Shown here in pieces: positions 17,169 through 27,774 of a stretch of 64,000 nucleotides of DNA (positions are counted from its first letter, which is position 1; each line of letters begins with the position of its first letter). The position numbers and the translations under genes are program-made. The notes under the pieces are model-generated. The model was given only the letters and a program-made list of their open reading frames with translations, ran no database searches and was not told where the DNA came from. The DNA lies in the IMG/VR virus record IMGVR_UViG_3300032285_004054, positions 1 through 64,000 of that record; one strand, written 5' to 3'.

Positions 17169-19601
17169 TTATATGTAAACTGGTGTTGCAGCTATTTGTA
17201 TAGCACTATACCATTCAGGTGTTAAGACAACCCAATTAATATTTTGTAGTGTATTACTAAATTTAATAATACCGTCTGATTCTACACCTGAAACACCATA
17301 ATAAGTAGTACCGTTATAAGTTGTTACATATGGCGATAGAGGAACTGCGGTATCTGAATTCCAGTATGCATCCTTAGTGCCGGTTATAGTACTAACAATC
17401 GTAAAAGGTTGATCAAAAAGATATTGAGTATTTACAGGTGAACCACCCATTGAAGCAATAGCTATATGTACATTTGTAACCGGTTTACTAAAAATTATTT
17501 TATTAATACTATCGTATTTAGAGTTAGGGCAAATCTGTGCTTGCTGTGTTGTCTGTATAGGGTAGATTGACGAGTTACCGTTTGTATAGGCACCGTATGG
17601 GGTTACACCATTAGTCCAATAAACACCATCGCCGGTATTTCCAGCTATAACAGTACCTGACATATTTGTAATTGAATCAAATGAATTATTTGATGAAATC
17701 TGCACATACAACGGAGTTGTATATGGTATAATACTATTTGTTTGTAATGAATAAACACCTGAAATAGATGCATATGCAGTATTGTTAACAGGGTTAGAAC
17801 TAACCCAATTAGTCCAAGTACTACCAGGTATACCGCTTGTTACAAACTGACCAGGTATTACTGAAAAAGGTTGAGTATAATAATAACCCGTACCGTCTCT
17901 ATTATTTGCTGTTATATTCGGTCCCCAAAACTGAAGATCTAAACTATATCCACCACCACCGCTACTTTGATTATCAGATATAACACAAAATGGATGACAG
18001 CCCGCTGATAATGTAACCGTAACAGGACCAGTATAAGTTATAGGGCTATATCGGTTATAAGAAAGAATTACGTTACTTAGCGTACGGTTAATAGGTAGTG
18101 TGTCTATCCAAACATATATTGAATCGTCTGCTCCGCCGTAAAAAGTGTACGTGCCTGAAACAGGAGCATAAAAATACCCCTCAAATTTAGTTGTAAAAAA
18201 GTTTTGTAGTACCGATAAAGCGGGATAATAAGTACCACCTGTATTAATTGCAGGTGTAAAGAAAGTTGAGTTATTTGCAATAGAAGCTGGTGTACCGTCA
18301 TCGGCTTGGGTATAAAGTAGACGGGTAGTTGTTATAGGAGTAAACCCAGGATATGGAATAGCTGTAAGTGTATGTGCTAGAGGATTTGTGCTACTTCGTC
18401 CACCGTTTACACCGCTAAAAGCAAGAACATTTAACCCTTGTAAGGAAGTAGCAGCGGCAGCAGGTAACGGTATATACTGGATAAGATTACCATCCATATA
18501 ATAAAAAGTATTATTCGTTACAGTGGTATTATTCATATTAAGAATACCGCTATTACTGTCTATAATAGGAGGAGTCGTATCATTATAGGTAATAAAATCG
18601 CTTGTTACAGTCATGGTTTTCTTAGCATTAAAAACACCTGTATTTGAAACAAGCAAAAATTGATTATTAACAGTAGCAAAATAACAACCGTTATATTGCG
18701 TTTTTGTAATCGGGTACCACGTTGAAAGATCCGTGCTATAATATGTAGCACCGGTACCACCGGTATGAGAACTACTTATTATGTATATTCCGTTTGCGTA
18801 GCCAAAACTAAACTTGTAAAAAGTAGGATTCGGGAAAGTAAAAGGAGCAGAGACTGTTGCCCAGGTAGTTCCGTCTTGAGAGTAAAGCATATTACTGGTA
18901 CTGTATTGCAGTAAAAAGAACCTACCGTTAACAAAACCTAAAGAATCATATTCCCCAGTACCGGTATTAACACTTAATGTTGCGACGGTTGTATAAGAAA
19001 TACCATCCATACTTCTTGAAACCTTACAGGTAGTTGCAAACGGGGATGCTGTTTGCTTGTAATTATTAATACATAGTAGTGTATCTGTACCGGTTATAAG
19101 TGTGTTGATGTGGGAATCATCTGTTGTATAACCGGTAGGTGCTGTAGCTGGTAAAGAACGTGTTGTCCATACATTACCATCGATAGATGTTAGATAGAAA
19201 TCAGGCTGATAGTAAGGTAGCGTATTACCGTAATGAGTTTTACTATTATAAAATACAAATAAACCTTTAAAAAACGTTAAGCTACAAGTATTATAACCAA
19301 ATATATAAACACCAGCCTTATTAGAAGCTGATAACCAATTTACACCATTTGTTGAATAGATAGGGTATTCGTATACTTTGTACCCGGAACCGTTTGTATC
19401 AGGTCCAGGTGCGACCGGCAGTACTTGTGCTAGTGATACAAAAGTTCCATTACCTGCTGCAAAAGGACCGGCATAGGTGCTAGCGTAATACGTATATGCA
19501 CTAGGGTTAAAAGTACTTAGTGGTATAAACAAACTTGGTAATAAAGATACTGAAGAAATCTGTATACAAGCGGTCGTACCTATATCAACAATCCAAAGCA
19601 T
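17169..19601 (-). CDS. virion adhesin with beta-propeller-like and PA14-like domains
   Basis: S.DG..W repeats; FEGYFYAPVSGTYTF...DD PA14 signature; TAAATA upstream. Confidence 0.75.
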   Translation of the reverse strand: MLWIVDIGTTACIQISSVSLLPSLFIPLSTFNPSAYTYYASTYAGPFAAGNGTFVSLAQVLPVAPGPDTNGSGYKVYEYPIYSTNGVNWLSASNKAGVYIFGYNTCSLTFFKGLFVFYNSKTHYGNTLPYYQPDFYLTSIDGNVWTTRSLPATAPTGYTTDDSHINTLITGTDTLLCINNYKQTASPFATTCKVSRSMDGISYTTVATLSVNTGTGEYDSLGFVNGRFFLLQYSTSNMLYSQDGTTWATVSAPFTFPNPTFYKFSFGYANGIYIISSSHTGGTGATYYSTDLSTWYPITKTQYNGCYFATVNNQFLLVSNTGVFNAKKTMTVTSDFITYNDTTPPIIDSNSGILNMNNTTVTNNTFYYMDGNLIQYIPLPAAAATSLQGLNVLAFSGVNGGRSSTNPLAHTLTAIPYPGFTPITTTRLLYTQADDGTPASIANNSTFFTPAINTGGTYYPALSVLQNFFTTKFEGYFYAPVSGTYTFYGGADDSIYVWIDTLPINRTLSNVILSYNRYSPITYTGPVTVTLSAGCHPFCVISDNQSSGGGGYSLDLQFWGPNITANNRDGTGYYYTQPFSVIPGQFVTSGIPGSTWTNWVSSNPVNNTAYASISGVYSLQTNSIIPYTTPLYVQISSNNSFDSITNMSGTVIAGNTGDGVYWTNGVTPYGAYTNGNSSIYPIQTTQQAQICPNSKYDSINKIIFSKPVTNVHIAIASMGGSPVNTQYLFDQPFTIVSTITGTKDAYWNSDTAVPLSPYVTTYNGTTYYGVSGVESDGIIKFSNTLQNINWVVLTPEWYSAIQIAATPVYI

Positions 19602-19680
19602 ATTTAATATTTATGTCGATTTTATATAGAAATACAACTCCTTCTAGACCTACTGTTTATGTAGACTTTTTAAATAAATA

Positions 19681-19884
19681 TTGTTAGTGGAATTTCCATT
19701 CGACATAACGTTTCAGGGGTTTACATTCAAAATACTTGAAGATAACGACGACAATACATTAGAAGTTGCTCTAATGTCAAAGCCTTATGGTTTTAAAGGA
19801 GAGGTATCTGACGGGCTAATATATAAATTATATTACTACCTAAGAGCAGAAGGCTTTATTGATTCTGATGCAGAGATAGATTAA
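19681..19884 (+). CDS. hypothetical protein
   Basis: TAAATAAATA directly upstream; weak similarity to 3518-3739. Confidence 0.6.
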   Translation: MLVEFPFDITFQGFTFKILEDNDDNTLEVALMSKPYGFKGEVSDGLIYKLYYYLRAEGFIDSDAEID

Positions 19885-19896
19885 ATTAAACAAAAT

Positions 19897-20037
19897 ATGA
19901 GTGCTGGCAAAGGCGATAAACCAAGACCTGGTGTCTATGGTAAAAAATACAACGAAAACTTCGATTTAATCAAGAAATCAAAAGAAGATATTACTTGGGA
20001 TAAAGTAAAAAAGGGTAAAAAGACCAAGATATACTAG
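19897..20037 (+). CDS. small basic phage peptide (GKGDKPRP type)
   Basis: Manual translation MSAGKGDKPRPGVYGKKYNENFDLI. Confidence 0.7.
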   Translation: MSAGKGDKPRPGVYGKKYNENFDLIKKSKEDITWDKVKKGKKTKIY

Positions 20038-20044
20038 TTATTAC

Positions 20045-20077
20045 GGAGGCTTAAATAAATAATACAGACAAGCCTCC
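20045..20077 (+). promoter_or_regulatory. late promoter inside a hairpin abutting the start codon
   Basis: GGAGGCTT-AAATAAATAATACAGAC-AAGCCTCC-T-ATG. Confidence 0.65.
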
Positions 20078-20078
20078 T

Positions 20079-23000
20079 ATGGGATTACAAACAAATACCC
20101 AACCTAGTTATTGGATAACACAAGCATGTACATGCATTATTAACCTAACAGCTGATAATTTATGCACAAGCTACGCTTATTTAAATAATAAATTATCATT
20201 ACAGCCTAATAGCTGTATTAGCGGTGATCATACTACATGTGTTATAGCAGGTAATATTGCTCATACTTTAGTAGATGCAACATCTTCAATACAACCAGTA
20301 AGAGGTGGGAGTACAGCTTCAGGCAATTATTCCTTAGTAGCAGGAGGTATAGGTAATACAGCTTCTGGTAATCGTGCTTTTGTTGGAAGCGGTTGCAGTA
20401 ATACAGCTTCAAATACCGGTGCTGCTGTTATTGCAGGTAGAACAAATACAGCATCTGGTTCTAGTGCTTTTATAGGTACTGGTACAGGTAATAATGCCCA
20501 AGCAACAGATTCAATAGTTCTTGGAGGTGTTAATAATACTGCAAGTGCAACTAGATCGGTAGTTGTTGATGGCTGTTATAATACAGCATCTGGTCTTTAT
20601 TCATTTGTTGCTAACGGTTCCGGTAATATAGTTTCCGGTAATTATGCGTTCATTGGTAACGGCTATAATAATAAAAATAGCGGTAATTGCTCAGGTATTT
20701 TAGGAGGCAGTAATAATACAATTACTGCAAACGCTAGTGGTTCCTTTATTGTCGGTAGTGGGTTAACAGCTTTAAGTGCTAATACATTATATGCTAATAA
20801 TATTTGCTTACCTGTAATAGGTAATGGTGCATTAGGTCAGAACTCACAAGGCTACATATTCGGTAATGCATATTATCTAACAAACGTAAATCCTCCTTCT
20901 TCGTGCAATCCTTATTGCTGGAGTGTAGGTACAAATTCTATTCAGCCTGTTGCAGCGTACGCTCTTAATAATACCTCACCAGGTGCTTATTCAGTTATTT
21001 TAGGCGGCTGTAACAATTATAATGCTGCTAACTACGCTATAATTGGTGGAGGATGTAATAACAACATCGCTGTCTTTAACTCCGGTAACGTAATACTTGG
21101 AGGTACAAATAATGCACTTTCCTCATATAGTGCTAATGCAACTATAGTCGGTGGTTGTAATAATGCTATTGGTACAAATAGCGCTTATGCTTCTATAGCG
21201 GGTGGCGCCTGTAATACAGCTTCTGGAACTTATACATCTATTGCAGGTGGTTCGTATAATACCGCCTCACAGTCCTGGGCTGCTGTTAATGGTGGTGCTA
21301 GTAATACAGCTTCTGGTTATTCAGCTACAGTTGCAGGTGGCGACTTCAATACAACATGCGGTGTTAACTCTACTGTTGCTGGTGGTCATAGAAATAGTGT
21401 AACAGGTGGCGTTTCATATATTGGAGGTGGTTACTGCAATAACGTATCAGGTTGGTTCTCCGGTATTAACGGCGGCGCTTGTAATATAGTAGCTAACAAC
21501 TTCGCTAATATTGTTGGTGGTAACGCTAACGTAACTAATCAACCTAACACATTTATATTAGGTTCTAATTTAAGTGCAAATGTACCGAATTACACTTACA
21601 CAAATAATTTAGCAATCGGTACAAATAATCCAAATAAAGAATTAACCGTTGTAGGAGATATTAGTGCTACAGGTTGGTATTACGGTAAAGTAGCTCAATT
21701 AACGATACCTACAGCAACTCTTTCTACATGTAACGGTACATTGAGTACGTTTGATACGGGGGCTACCTCACCTAATACTCAAGCGGCTAATTATATTGTT
21801 ACATTAAACGGCGCTTCTCAAGTACCTAATAATGACTACACTATTCTGTATACACAGAATACACCCGGTCTTAGTACAAATAAAGTAGCGTTAACGTTCG
21901 TACCTCGTAATGGTAGTGTAGTATCGATAATATCTTTAAATACGCTCGTTTATGGCAATTTAACACAAACAGTTACTAATAATGCCAGCGCTTCATATAG
22001 TAATTTAACAAATACAGGCACAATTAATAATTACGGACCGATTACAAATACAACAGCGTATAATGTTTCTGGACAGTATATAGCTCCCGTATCAAAAGTA
22101 TTTACAGGTGACGGTAGTAATAGTACATTTGATACGAGTATAACAGGTATTAGTGTAACATCAGCTGCTAACTATATCGTCACATTAAACGGTGCTTCAC
22201 AGGTACCAGGAGTTGATTATACAGCAGCTTATACTCAGGTAACGACCGGTGTTAGTTCAAATAAAATTGTTACAACATCGCCTCCACCACTTGGCAGTAC
22301 ATTATCAGTTATTGTAAACGTACCTACAACATGGGCTACCAGTAATATTAATAATACCAATGTATACAACAGCTATTCAACAGGTGTACCGCAATCATTA
22401 AGCAGTAACTGGCAGAGTGTATATTCAACAGTATGGAGCACAAGTAGTACATGGGCGCTTAATACGTATGTTCAAGGCGCTACAGCAGGCTTAGCTACAA
22501 GTACATATGTACAGAATGCTACTGCTAATTTAGCAACAACAACATATGTTCAAGGCGCTACAGCAGGCTTAGCTACAACAACATATGTCCAACAGGCTAC
22601 ATCTAACTTAGCTACTGGAGCAGGCTTAGCAACAACAACATATGTTCAAGGCGCTACAGCAGGTCTAGCAACAAGTACATATGTACAGAATGCTACTGGC
22701 AGCCTACTACCGTTAACGACATATCAATACGCTACAGGTACTGCATTAACAGTACAAGACTTAACTGTTAATGGTACTTTATATACAAATGGTGGTTCGA
22801 CGCAGTTAAGCTCAACTAACTTAACAGTATCGGATCCGTTAATATATTTCGGTACAGGTAATACAACAAACGCGTACGATTTAGGTATTGTTGCACATCT
22901 TTCAGGTAATCTTAACAACGGGGTAAAAGCTTATCAACATACCGGTTTAGTAAGACAAAACGGTCAAAGTTCACCAGCTTTTTGGACTCTCTTTAGTGGT

Positions 23001-23840
23001 CTTACAACCGAACCGACCGGTACAACAATAAGTTGGACTGATCCGTATTTTCAATACGATAATCTAAACGTCGGTTATATCAATAGTGATACATCTTCTT
23101 TTACATCTAATGGTAACATAAAAGCTGTTTCGTTTAAGAGTAAGAGTACAATGTCCGGTTACATATACGGGCAAAATACATATAGTGGTGCATCTGCTTC
23201 AACAGATCTTGCACTTTATAACGATGACGCTACTGCGTTTATTGATATAGGTGTCAATAGTAACGGTTGGGTCGGTGCTAATTACGGTCCTCCTTTCACT
23301 ATTGCTAATGCTAAAGATACATACATCTACAGTAATACAGGTGCTAATAACCTAGCTATTGGTACACAGAATTCATCTGGTGACTTATTACTATTTACAG
23401 GTGGTACAGCTTCTACTAACGAAAGATTAAGAATAAAATCAACAGGTAATGTCGGTATCGGTACTTCAAATCCCGGTAAAGCTTTAACGGTTGTAGGAGA
23501 TATATCCGCTACAGGTAGTATTTACGGTAACACATACTTTAATTTAATAACAAGTACGACTTATACTATTGCATTAAGCGATAGCGGTACAGTAATTGCT
23601 TCTAATAACAATACAACCGGTTTATCGGCAACACCCTCAAGTAGTATAACATATCCTGCAGGATTCCAGGTAGCGTTATTACAGCTAGGAAGCAGCAGAT
23701 TATCATTATCAGCTTCAGGTTCACCAACAATTAATCAGGCTAACGGTTACTATAAAACATCTAAGTTATACTCTGCTGCTACTCTCCTCTATACAGGTGC
23801 AACAACAGGCTGGGTTCTCTTCGGAGATGTTAGTGCATAA
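20079..23840 (+). CDS. long tail-fibre/adhesin-like protein
   Basis: YadA-head-like GG..NTASG repeats, IGT.NP.K.LTVVGDISATG, HTGL domain. Confidence 0.85.
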   Translation: MGLQTNTQPSYWITQACTCIINLTADNLCTSYAYLNNKLSLQPNSCISGDHTTCVIAGNIAHTLVDATSSIQPVRGGSTASGNYSLVAGGIGNTASGNRAFVGSGCSNTASNTGAAVIAGRTNTASGSSAFIGTGTGNNAQATDSIVLGGVNNTASATRSVVVDGCYNTASGLYSFVANGSGNIVSGNYAFIGNGYNNKNSGNCSGILGGSNNTITANASGSFIVGSGLTALSANTLYANNICLPVIGNGALGQNSQGYIFGNAYYLTNVNPPSSCNPYCWSVGTNSIQPVAAYALNNTSPGAYSVILGGCNNYNAANYAIIGGGCNNNIAVFNSGNVILGGTNNALSSYSANATIVGGCNNAIGTNSAYASIAGGACNTASGTYTSIAGGSYNTASQSWAAVNGGASNTASGYSATVAGGDFNTTCGVNSTVAGGHRNSVTGGVSYIGGGYCNNVSGWFSGINGGACNIVANNFANIVGGNANVTNQPNTFILGSNLSANVPNYTYTNNLAIGTNNPNKELTVVGDISATGWYYGKVAQLTIPTATLSTCNGTLSTFDTGATSPNTQAANYIVTLNGASQVPNNDYTILYTQNTPGLSTNKVALTFVPRNGSVVSIISLNTLVYGNLTQTVTNNASASYSNLTNTGTINNYGPITNTTAYNVSGQYIAPVSKVFTGDGSNSTFDTSITGISVTSAANYIVTLNGASQVPGVDYTAAYTQVTTGVSSNKIVTTSPPPLGSTLSVIVNVPTTWATSNINNTNVYNSYSTGVPQSLSSNWQSVYSTVWSTSSTWALNTYVQGATAGLATSTYVQNATANLATTTYVQGATAGLATTTYVQQATSNLATGAGLATTTYVQGATAGLATSTYVQNATGSLLPLTTYQYATGTALTVQDLTVNGTLYTNGGSTQLSSTNLTVSDPLIYFGTGNTTNAYDLGIVAHLSGNLNNGVKAYQHTGLVRQNGQSSPAFWTLFSGLTTEPTGTTISWTDPYFQYDNLNVGYINSDTSSFTSNGNIKAVSFKSKSTMSGYIYGQNTYSGASASTDLALYNDDATAFIDIGVNSNGWVGANYGPPFTIANAKDTYIYSNTGANNLAIGTQNSSGDLLLFTGGTASTNERLRIKSTGNVGIGTSNPGKALTVVGDISATGSIYGNTYFNLITSTTYTIALSDSGTVIASNNNTTGLSATPSSSITYPAGFQVALLQLGSSRLSLSASGSPTINQANGYYKTSKLYSAATLLYTGATTGWVLFGDVSA
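22466..22700 (+). repeat. coding tandem repeat, ~39 bp (13 aa TTTYVQGATAGLA)
   Basis: About six imperfect copies in protein and DNA. Confidence 0.85.
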
Positions 23841-23857
23841 ATACCTATACAAATAAT

Positions 23858-24730
23858 ATGACTACTCTCATTAATAGTTATTCAATAGCTTCTCCGATTG
23901 GTATCGGTACTTATAACCCTAATAAAGCATTAACGGTTGTAGGTGATATATCTGCTACAGGTAATATATATAGTGCTGGTGGTAATGTAGGTGGAGGAAG
24001 CTTAACAGGTGCCATCACAGCTGTTAAGAGTAACAATGATGATCGCATAACAGCTACTACAACTAATGGAGCAGTTACTATTGATTTACCTACTACTGTT
24101 AAATTACAAAATCTTAATGTTGCAGGCACTTTTAATGTACCGGGTACTGCTAATTTTTATAACACTACTAATTTAAATGTTAGCAGTAATATTATTTACT
24201 TCGGTGAAGGTAACACCGGTAATGTTTTAGATTTAGCTCTTGTTGCCCATCTTACAGGAAATCTTAATAACGGTACACCTCGCTACCAGCATACAGGTTT
24301 AGCAAGACAAGCAGGTCAAAACTCGCCTGGTATTTGGACATTATTTTCAGGTCTTACATCTGAACCCGGTTCTAATAGCTCTGGTATTACTTGGACAGAT
24401 CCTTATCTTCAAGTTGATACATTAAGTGCAAACGTACTAGGTAATCTATCAGGTAATTATGTTACAGTTGGTACAGGTAATTCCGATCAATGGAATAGCG
24501 TTTATTCATCTGTTGCTAATACTTCAGGTAATTGGAATACTGTTTATTCATCTGTTGCTAATACTTCAGGTAATTGGAATACTGTTTATTCAACTTATCA
24601 AAATGCATCTGGTGCAAACGGTTTCGTAAAAAACGGTGGAGGTATAGCAAATGTTACTTCTATTACACAAGCTAATTACAACCAACTATCTCCACCAGAC
24701 CCTAATACTCTTTACATTATTTCGTCGTAA
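23858..24730 (+). CDS. tail-fibre proximal/adapter protein
   Basis: HTGL domain, WN.VY repeats (42-bp duplication at ~24500-24590), C-term PDPNTLYII. Confidence 0.8.
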   Translation: MTTLINSYSIASPIGIGTYNPNKALTVVGDISATGNIYSAGGNVGGGSLTGAITAVKSNNDDRITATTTNGAVTIDLPTTVKLQNLNVAGTFNVPGTANFYNTTNLNVSSNIIYFGEGNTGNVLDLALVAHLTGNLNNGTPRYQHTGLARQAGQNSPGIWTLFSGLTSEPGSNSSGITWTDPYLQVDTLSANVLGNLSGNYVTVGTGNSDQWNSVYSSVANTSGNWNTVYSSVANTSGNWNTVYSTYQNASGANGFVKNGGGIANVTSITQANYNQLSPPDPNTLYIISS

Positions 24731-27700
24731 TGAAATTAGATGATGCAATTGGTTTATATGTAGGTGGTACTCCGTCTACAGCATGTTTTGAGACTGCTTC
24801 TGAGTCTCATTTTTGGACTTATAGACCGTTAACTCTTGCTCGTGCTTTAACAGGTACAGGTCGTAATGTGTATAAGTTTGGTACTGATGTATTGATTTTA
24901 ACAAGCGCCAATACATATACAGGTACAACAAATATTAGTGCTGGATCTTTACAGCTTGGTACCGGAGGTACAACAGGCTCACTTAACCCTGCAAGCGTTA
25001 TAAACAATGCTGGTACACTTATTTTTAATCGCTCGGATACAGTTATAGAAGGTGTTGATTTTTATAATACACTTTCAGGGTCTGGTAGCGTTATAAAGAC
25101 AGGAATAGGTACTTTAATTTTAAGCGGTACTAATACCCATACAGGTTCAACTACTATTAGTTCAGGTAATATTACATATCAAGGAGCTGCATCTATGAGT
25201 AATGGTTCAAAAGTTGCAATGCTACCGGCTACAACTCTTAACCTTCGAGCAGATAGCGATACAATATTTACCCCTGGTGTAGGTAGTTTTGCATTTACTG
25301 CTTCTCCTGCTGCCTATAATATAAATGTTAATAGTTTAAATTCTCCTGCAGGAGATAACCGAATACTCACTATTGGTAGACAAAACGGGACCTCATCAAC
25401 AACAGCGTTTACTACTATAAACGTAAATAGTACAACCGGGGATACCTTACAATTTCAGCAACCGTTTCAACTAGGTAGCACCGGTACCGGCGGTGTTGGT
25501 GGAGATGCTACAGGTGTTACAACTCCGTTTACTACTTTTGTTTTAACAAACGCTAACGTTATATTAAGCGGGGGTATTTCAGAAACAGATACAAATTTAG
25601 ATGCTGGTATCGCTGTTGTAAGCCCTACCAATAATACGCTCACTCTTAGCGGTAAAGTTATAACTAACACCAATAGAACGATATTTATAAGAGCAGGTCT
25701 AGGTAGTACTGTAAATCTTAATAATACACTTAGTCTTGCTGGTGGTACAAATACTGCATTCTTTGCTTACCTAAGCGGAGGTAATTTAAATATTAATAAG
25801 CCAGGAGTTATTTCAAGTAACTTTAACAATAATATATACGCATTACGTCTTATTTCAGGTACCTTAAACAATAATAGTGGAGCAGCTATTACAATGACTA
25901 CAAACCCACAGACTCGTATTGAGGGTGATTTTTCTTTTGGTGATAATACAAGTACAAGCGCAAATAGCTTAAATCTTGGTACAAGCTTTACACACTTAAG
26001 TGGCGGACCGAGTAGTTTATACCGTACAATTACTGTTAACGGTGCTGCAACTCTAACATTCGGAGGACTAGTATCAAGTGCAGGTGTTCGTGGTATAACG
26101 AAAGACGGAACCGGTACACTTACATTAAGCGGTCCGTGTTATTATACAGGTAATACAGCCATATCAAGTGGTTTATTAAGAATTGGTAAAGCTTATTCAG
26201 CTCCAGGTAATACAATAGGTTCTATCGAATTTACAAATAATAACCTCTCTGCTACGTTTATAGGTGCACCAGGTCCAGGAGATATATATCAAGTATTTGC
26301 AGGTGCAACAAGTAATACATACCCAGTTTCGAGTATAACACTCGTTAATAGTTCATTATCGGCTACATATAATTCTAGTAATTCAACAATAACAATGCAA
26401 ACCCAAGCGGGAGGAGGTGCTACTACCCCTATACAGGTTGGAGGTAATACGTATATTTCAGGTACAAATGCTGAAACTTGGACTAATTGGTATTCTGTAT
26501 CAACTGTTAACGGTAATATGACGGCGTTCGGGGCTATTTCTTCTACTCGAACCGCTCAGGGTGTTTTATCTTCTTTCCAAAATACGTTATATATCTCGTT
26601 ATCAACGAGTGCACCATTCTACTTTGTAACAAGTAATCAAGATACTACTAGTACGTTATACGGTGGTATGCCTTCCACCGGCGACCGTTTTACAAATTAC
26701 TGGGTAGATACTAATAATAAGCCTTGCAAAGCGTATACAAATCAAAACAACACTATATACCCAATCACATCAGGGCAAAGAAGTGCAGTCTCGTTAAACG
26801 TAGGTTTATCAACAGCAAACAAACTTTCATTTAGTACGCCTGTTTCTAACGTCTGTGTGGCGTTTATGTCGTTAGGTGCTACTTATAGTACAACTAACTA
26901 TTACTTTGATCAAGACTTTACTGTTGTTAGTACTGCTACAGCTGCATCTGATGCACGTTGGAATTTCGGTACGCAGTTAAACCGGGTTACAGCAACACTA
27001 AACGGTAATACCTACTATCTACTATCAGGAGCAGAATCAGACGGTATAATAAAATTTAACAGTAATTCCTTATCTGCTGTTAACTGGATTGTAACAAATC
27101 CTGAAAGCTGGTGTAGTATACAAGTAGCTGCAACACCTATTATTGTTAATACAGGTACAGCAACGATGGCAATAACCATTGCATCTCAAGCAGGTGGTGG
27201 AGGCGGGGCAGGTTACTACGGCCCATCGCAACAATATGATGGCGCAGGCGGTGGCGGAGGTGGTTTTTCTATACAAAATAGCTCTGTGCAAACAGGAGAG
27301 ATACTTACTGTTACAGTAGGTACAGGAGGGGCACCAGGAACCGGCGCCAATGGAAATATTGGTCAAACAGGTGGTTTAACATATGTAACAAGCTCACTTA
27401 CCCCGATCGTTAATATTGTAGTTGCAAATGGTGGGCAAGGAGCTTCAAACAACACACCCGGTCAAGGAGGAATAGGTACAACCCAATACGGTGGTAACGG
27501 TACAAGTTCAAATGTTACCACATATGTAACGGGTTCAGGAGGCCTCGGTGGATGTGTTTACTCAGGTATAGTTACACCGCTATCAGGATCAGGCGGCGGT
27601 GGAGGTTACTATGGTAGTGCAGGTATTGACGGGTTTGTAAATATATCATACGCTGGACCTCAGAGAGCTACAGGAGGAACTTACGTTTATGACGGAACAA

Positions 27701-27756
27701 CAAGTACGCATAAATTTGTCGCTGGTGGCGGCACAACCTTTACGTTTACAGGTTAA
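24730..27756 (+). CDS. fibre/adhesin with autotransporter-associated beta-strand repeats and Gly-rich C-terminus
   Basis: K.G.GTL.LSG.NT(Y/H)TG.T.IS.G repeats x3. Confidence 0.85.
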   Translation: MKLDDAIGLYVGGTPSTACFETASESHFWTYRPLTLARALTGTGRNVYKFGTDVLILTSANTYTGTTNISAGSLQLGTGGTTGSLNPASVINNAGTLIFNRSDTVIEGVDFYNTLSGSGSVIKTGIGTLILSGTNTHTGSTTISSGNITYQGAASMSNGSKVAMLPATTLNLRADSDTIFTPGVGSFAFTASPAAYNINVNSLNSPAGDNRILTIGRQNGTSSTTAFTTINVNSTTGDTLQFQQPFQLGSTGTGGVGGDATGVTTPFTTFVLTNANVILSGGISETDTNLDAGIAVVSPTNNTLTLSGKVITNTNRTIFIRAGLGSTVNLNNTLSLAGGTNTAFFAYLSGGNLNINKPGVISSNFNNNIYALRLISGTLNNNSGAAITMTTNPQTRIEGDFSFGDNTSTSANSLNLGTSFTHLSGGPSSLYRTITVNGAATLTFGGLVSSAGVRGITKDGTGTLTLSGPCYYTGNTAISSGLLRIGKAYSAPGNTIGSIEFTNNNLSATFIGAPGPGDIYQVFAGATSNTYPVSSITLVNSSLSATYNSSNSTITMQTQAGGGATTPIQVGGNTYISGTNAETWTNWYSVSTVNGNMTAFGAISSTRTAQGVLSSFQNTLYISLSTSAPFYFVTSNQDTTSTLYGGMPSTGDRFTNYWVDTNNKPCKAYTNQNNTIYPITSGQRSAVSLNVGLSTANKLSFSTPVSNVCVAFMSLGATYSTTNYYFDQDFTVVSTATAASDARWNFGTQLNRVTATLNGNTYYLLSGAESDGIIKFNSNSLSAVNWIVTNPESWCSIQVAATPIIVNTGTATMAITIASQAGGGGGAGYYGPSQQYDGAGGGGGGFSIQNSSVQTGEILTVTVGTGGAPGTGANGNIGQTGGLTYVTSSLTPIVNIVVANGGQGASNNTPGQGGIGTTQYGGNGTSSNVTTYVTGSGGLGGCVYSGIVTPLSGSGGGGGYYGSAGIDGFVNISYAGPQRATGGTYVYDGTTSTHKFVAGGGTTFTFTG

Positions 27757-27774
27757 AAAGAATAAATACAATAT

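Noticed and set aside
22466-24600. Direct repeats as a possible CRISPR array
   Set aside because: The repeats are in-frame coding units (39 and 42 bp) without unique spacers, and no cas genes are present.
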